A stretch of DNA of 38,189 bases. Origin: Polyangiaceae bacterium. Its GTDB lineage: Bacteria > Myxococcota_A > Polyangia > Polyangiales > Polyangiaceae. The stretch lies in NCBI GenBank assembly GCA_044222475.1, contig JBGANF010000076.1, positions 1 through 38,189 on the forward strand. Direction: 5' to 3'. Below, piece after piece: positions 37,714-38,189 of the stretch. Numbering within the stretch: the first letter of the stretch is position 1; each line of letters begins with the position of its first letter. Position numbers and translations under genes: made by a program. Under the pieces are notes generated by a model, which was not told where the DNA came from, searched no databases, and saw only the letters and a program-made list of their open reading frames with translations.

Positions 37714-37881
37714 GTTGCCCCGGACTTTAGTCCGGGGTTCGGCGTGAGGCGGGTATCAGCCCCCCCTGAGGCGGCGAAGCCGCCGATTTGGGGGGGCTCC
37801 GCCGCGCGGAGGCGCGAAGCGCCGAGCACGGCGGTGCGTGTCGCGCAGATCGACGAGGGGGGGCACCCCTCTTCTCTCTCT
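37714..37881 (-). repeat. REP-like multi-hairpin element, copy B
   Basis: ccccggact-tt-agtccgggg; agccccccc..ggcggc-GAA-gccgcc..gggggggct; ccgccg..ggcgc-GAA-gcgcc..cggcgg; gagggg..cccctc. Homologous blocks in 35262-35404. Confidence 0.8.
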
Positions 37882-37898
37882 CCGAAACCGATTCCGTT

Positions 37899-38189
37899 TC
37901 AGTGATTCCGCGCGTGCGGCAGGCACAGCGTCCTCGGCTTGCCGCCACACTTCTCGCAGCTGCACACGCGGATGTCCGCGCCGTCGGCTTCCTTCGCCCC
38001 GCAGATCGCGCACACTCGCCCGCCGGTCGCGGCCGTCGCGAACGGCACTTGCTCCGCTCGTCGCGCCGTCTGCCTCACCTGCATGTTGCGCTGCCGGAAC
38101 CACTGCATCCAATGCCCGGCGAAGAACAGCAGGTAGTTCGCGCTCCCCGCGATCACCGCGCCGCGCGTGCCCCAATCCCCGAGCACCGC
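37899..38189 (-). CDS. C-terminal part of a membrane protein with a Cys/His Zn-finger-like tail (5' end outside window)
   Basis: TM-like ANYLLFF followed by CAICG...RVCSCEKC...LCLPH. Confidence 0.7.
   Translation of the reverse strand, partial: AVLGDWGTRGAVIAGSANYLLFFAGHWMQWFRQRNMQVRQTARRAEQVPFATAATGGRVCAICGAKEADGADIRVCSCEKCGGKPRTLCLPHARNH

Overview
GC-rich bacterial window. The gene content and lipoprotein style suggest Myxococcota/Polyangiales, but this is an inference. Bases 1-23040 hold the str/S10/spc/alpha ribosomal-protein supercluster (3' end of tuf through rplQ), with three departures from the usual order. rplC is absent between rpsJ and rplD. map is absent between adk and infA. The S10 operon is split between rpsS and rplV by about 8.4 kb. 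That insert carries five tandem paralogous Cys-rich lipoproteins, a RAYT-like HUH/Y1 nuclease, a ~250-nt nested-hairpin non-coding element and a perfect (GAAGCG)16 tract capped by a palindrome. A terminator follows rpsS, and rplV has its own promoter and structured leader. Bases 23040-38189 are accessory and housekeeping genes: DUF4260-TetR with twin operators, ung, a SWIM-SNF2 helicase, TPMT-like, a HEAT/TPR protein, acyP, lpxC, a quinone oxidoreductase, lipoproteins and a SUFU-like protein. Several REP/REPIN-like palindromic elements lie among them. All family calls come from motifs read by eye; no searches were run.
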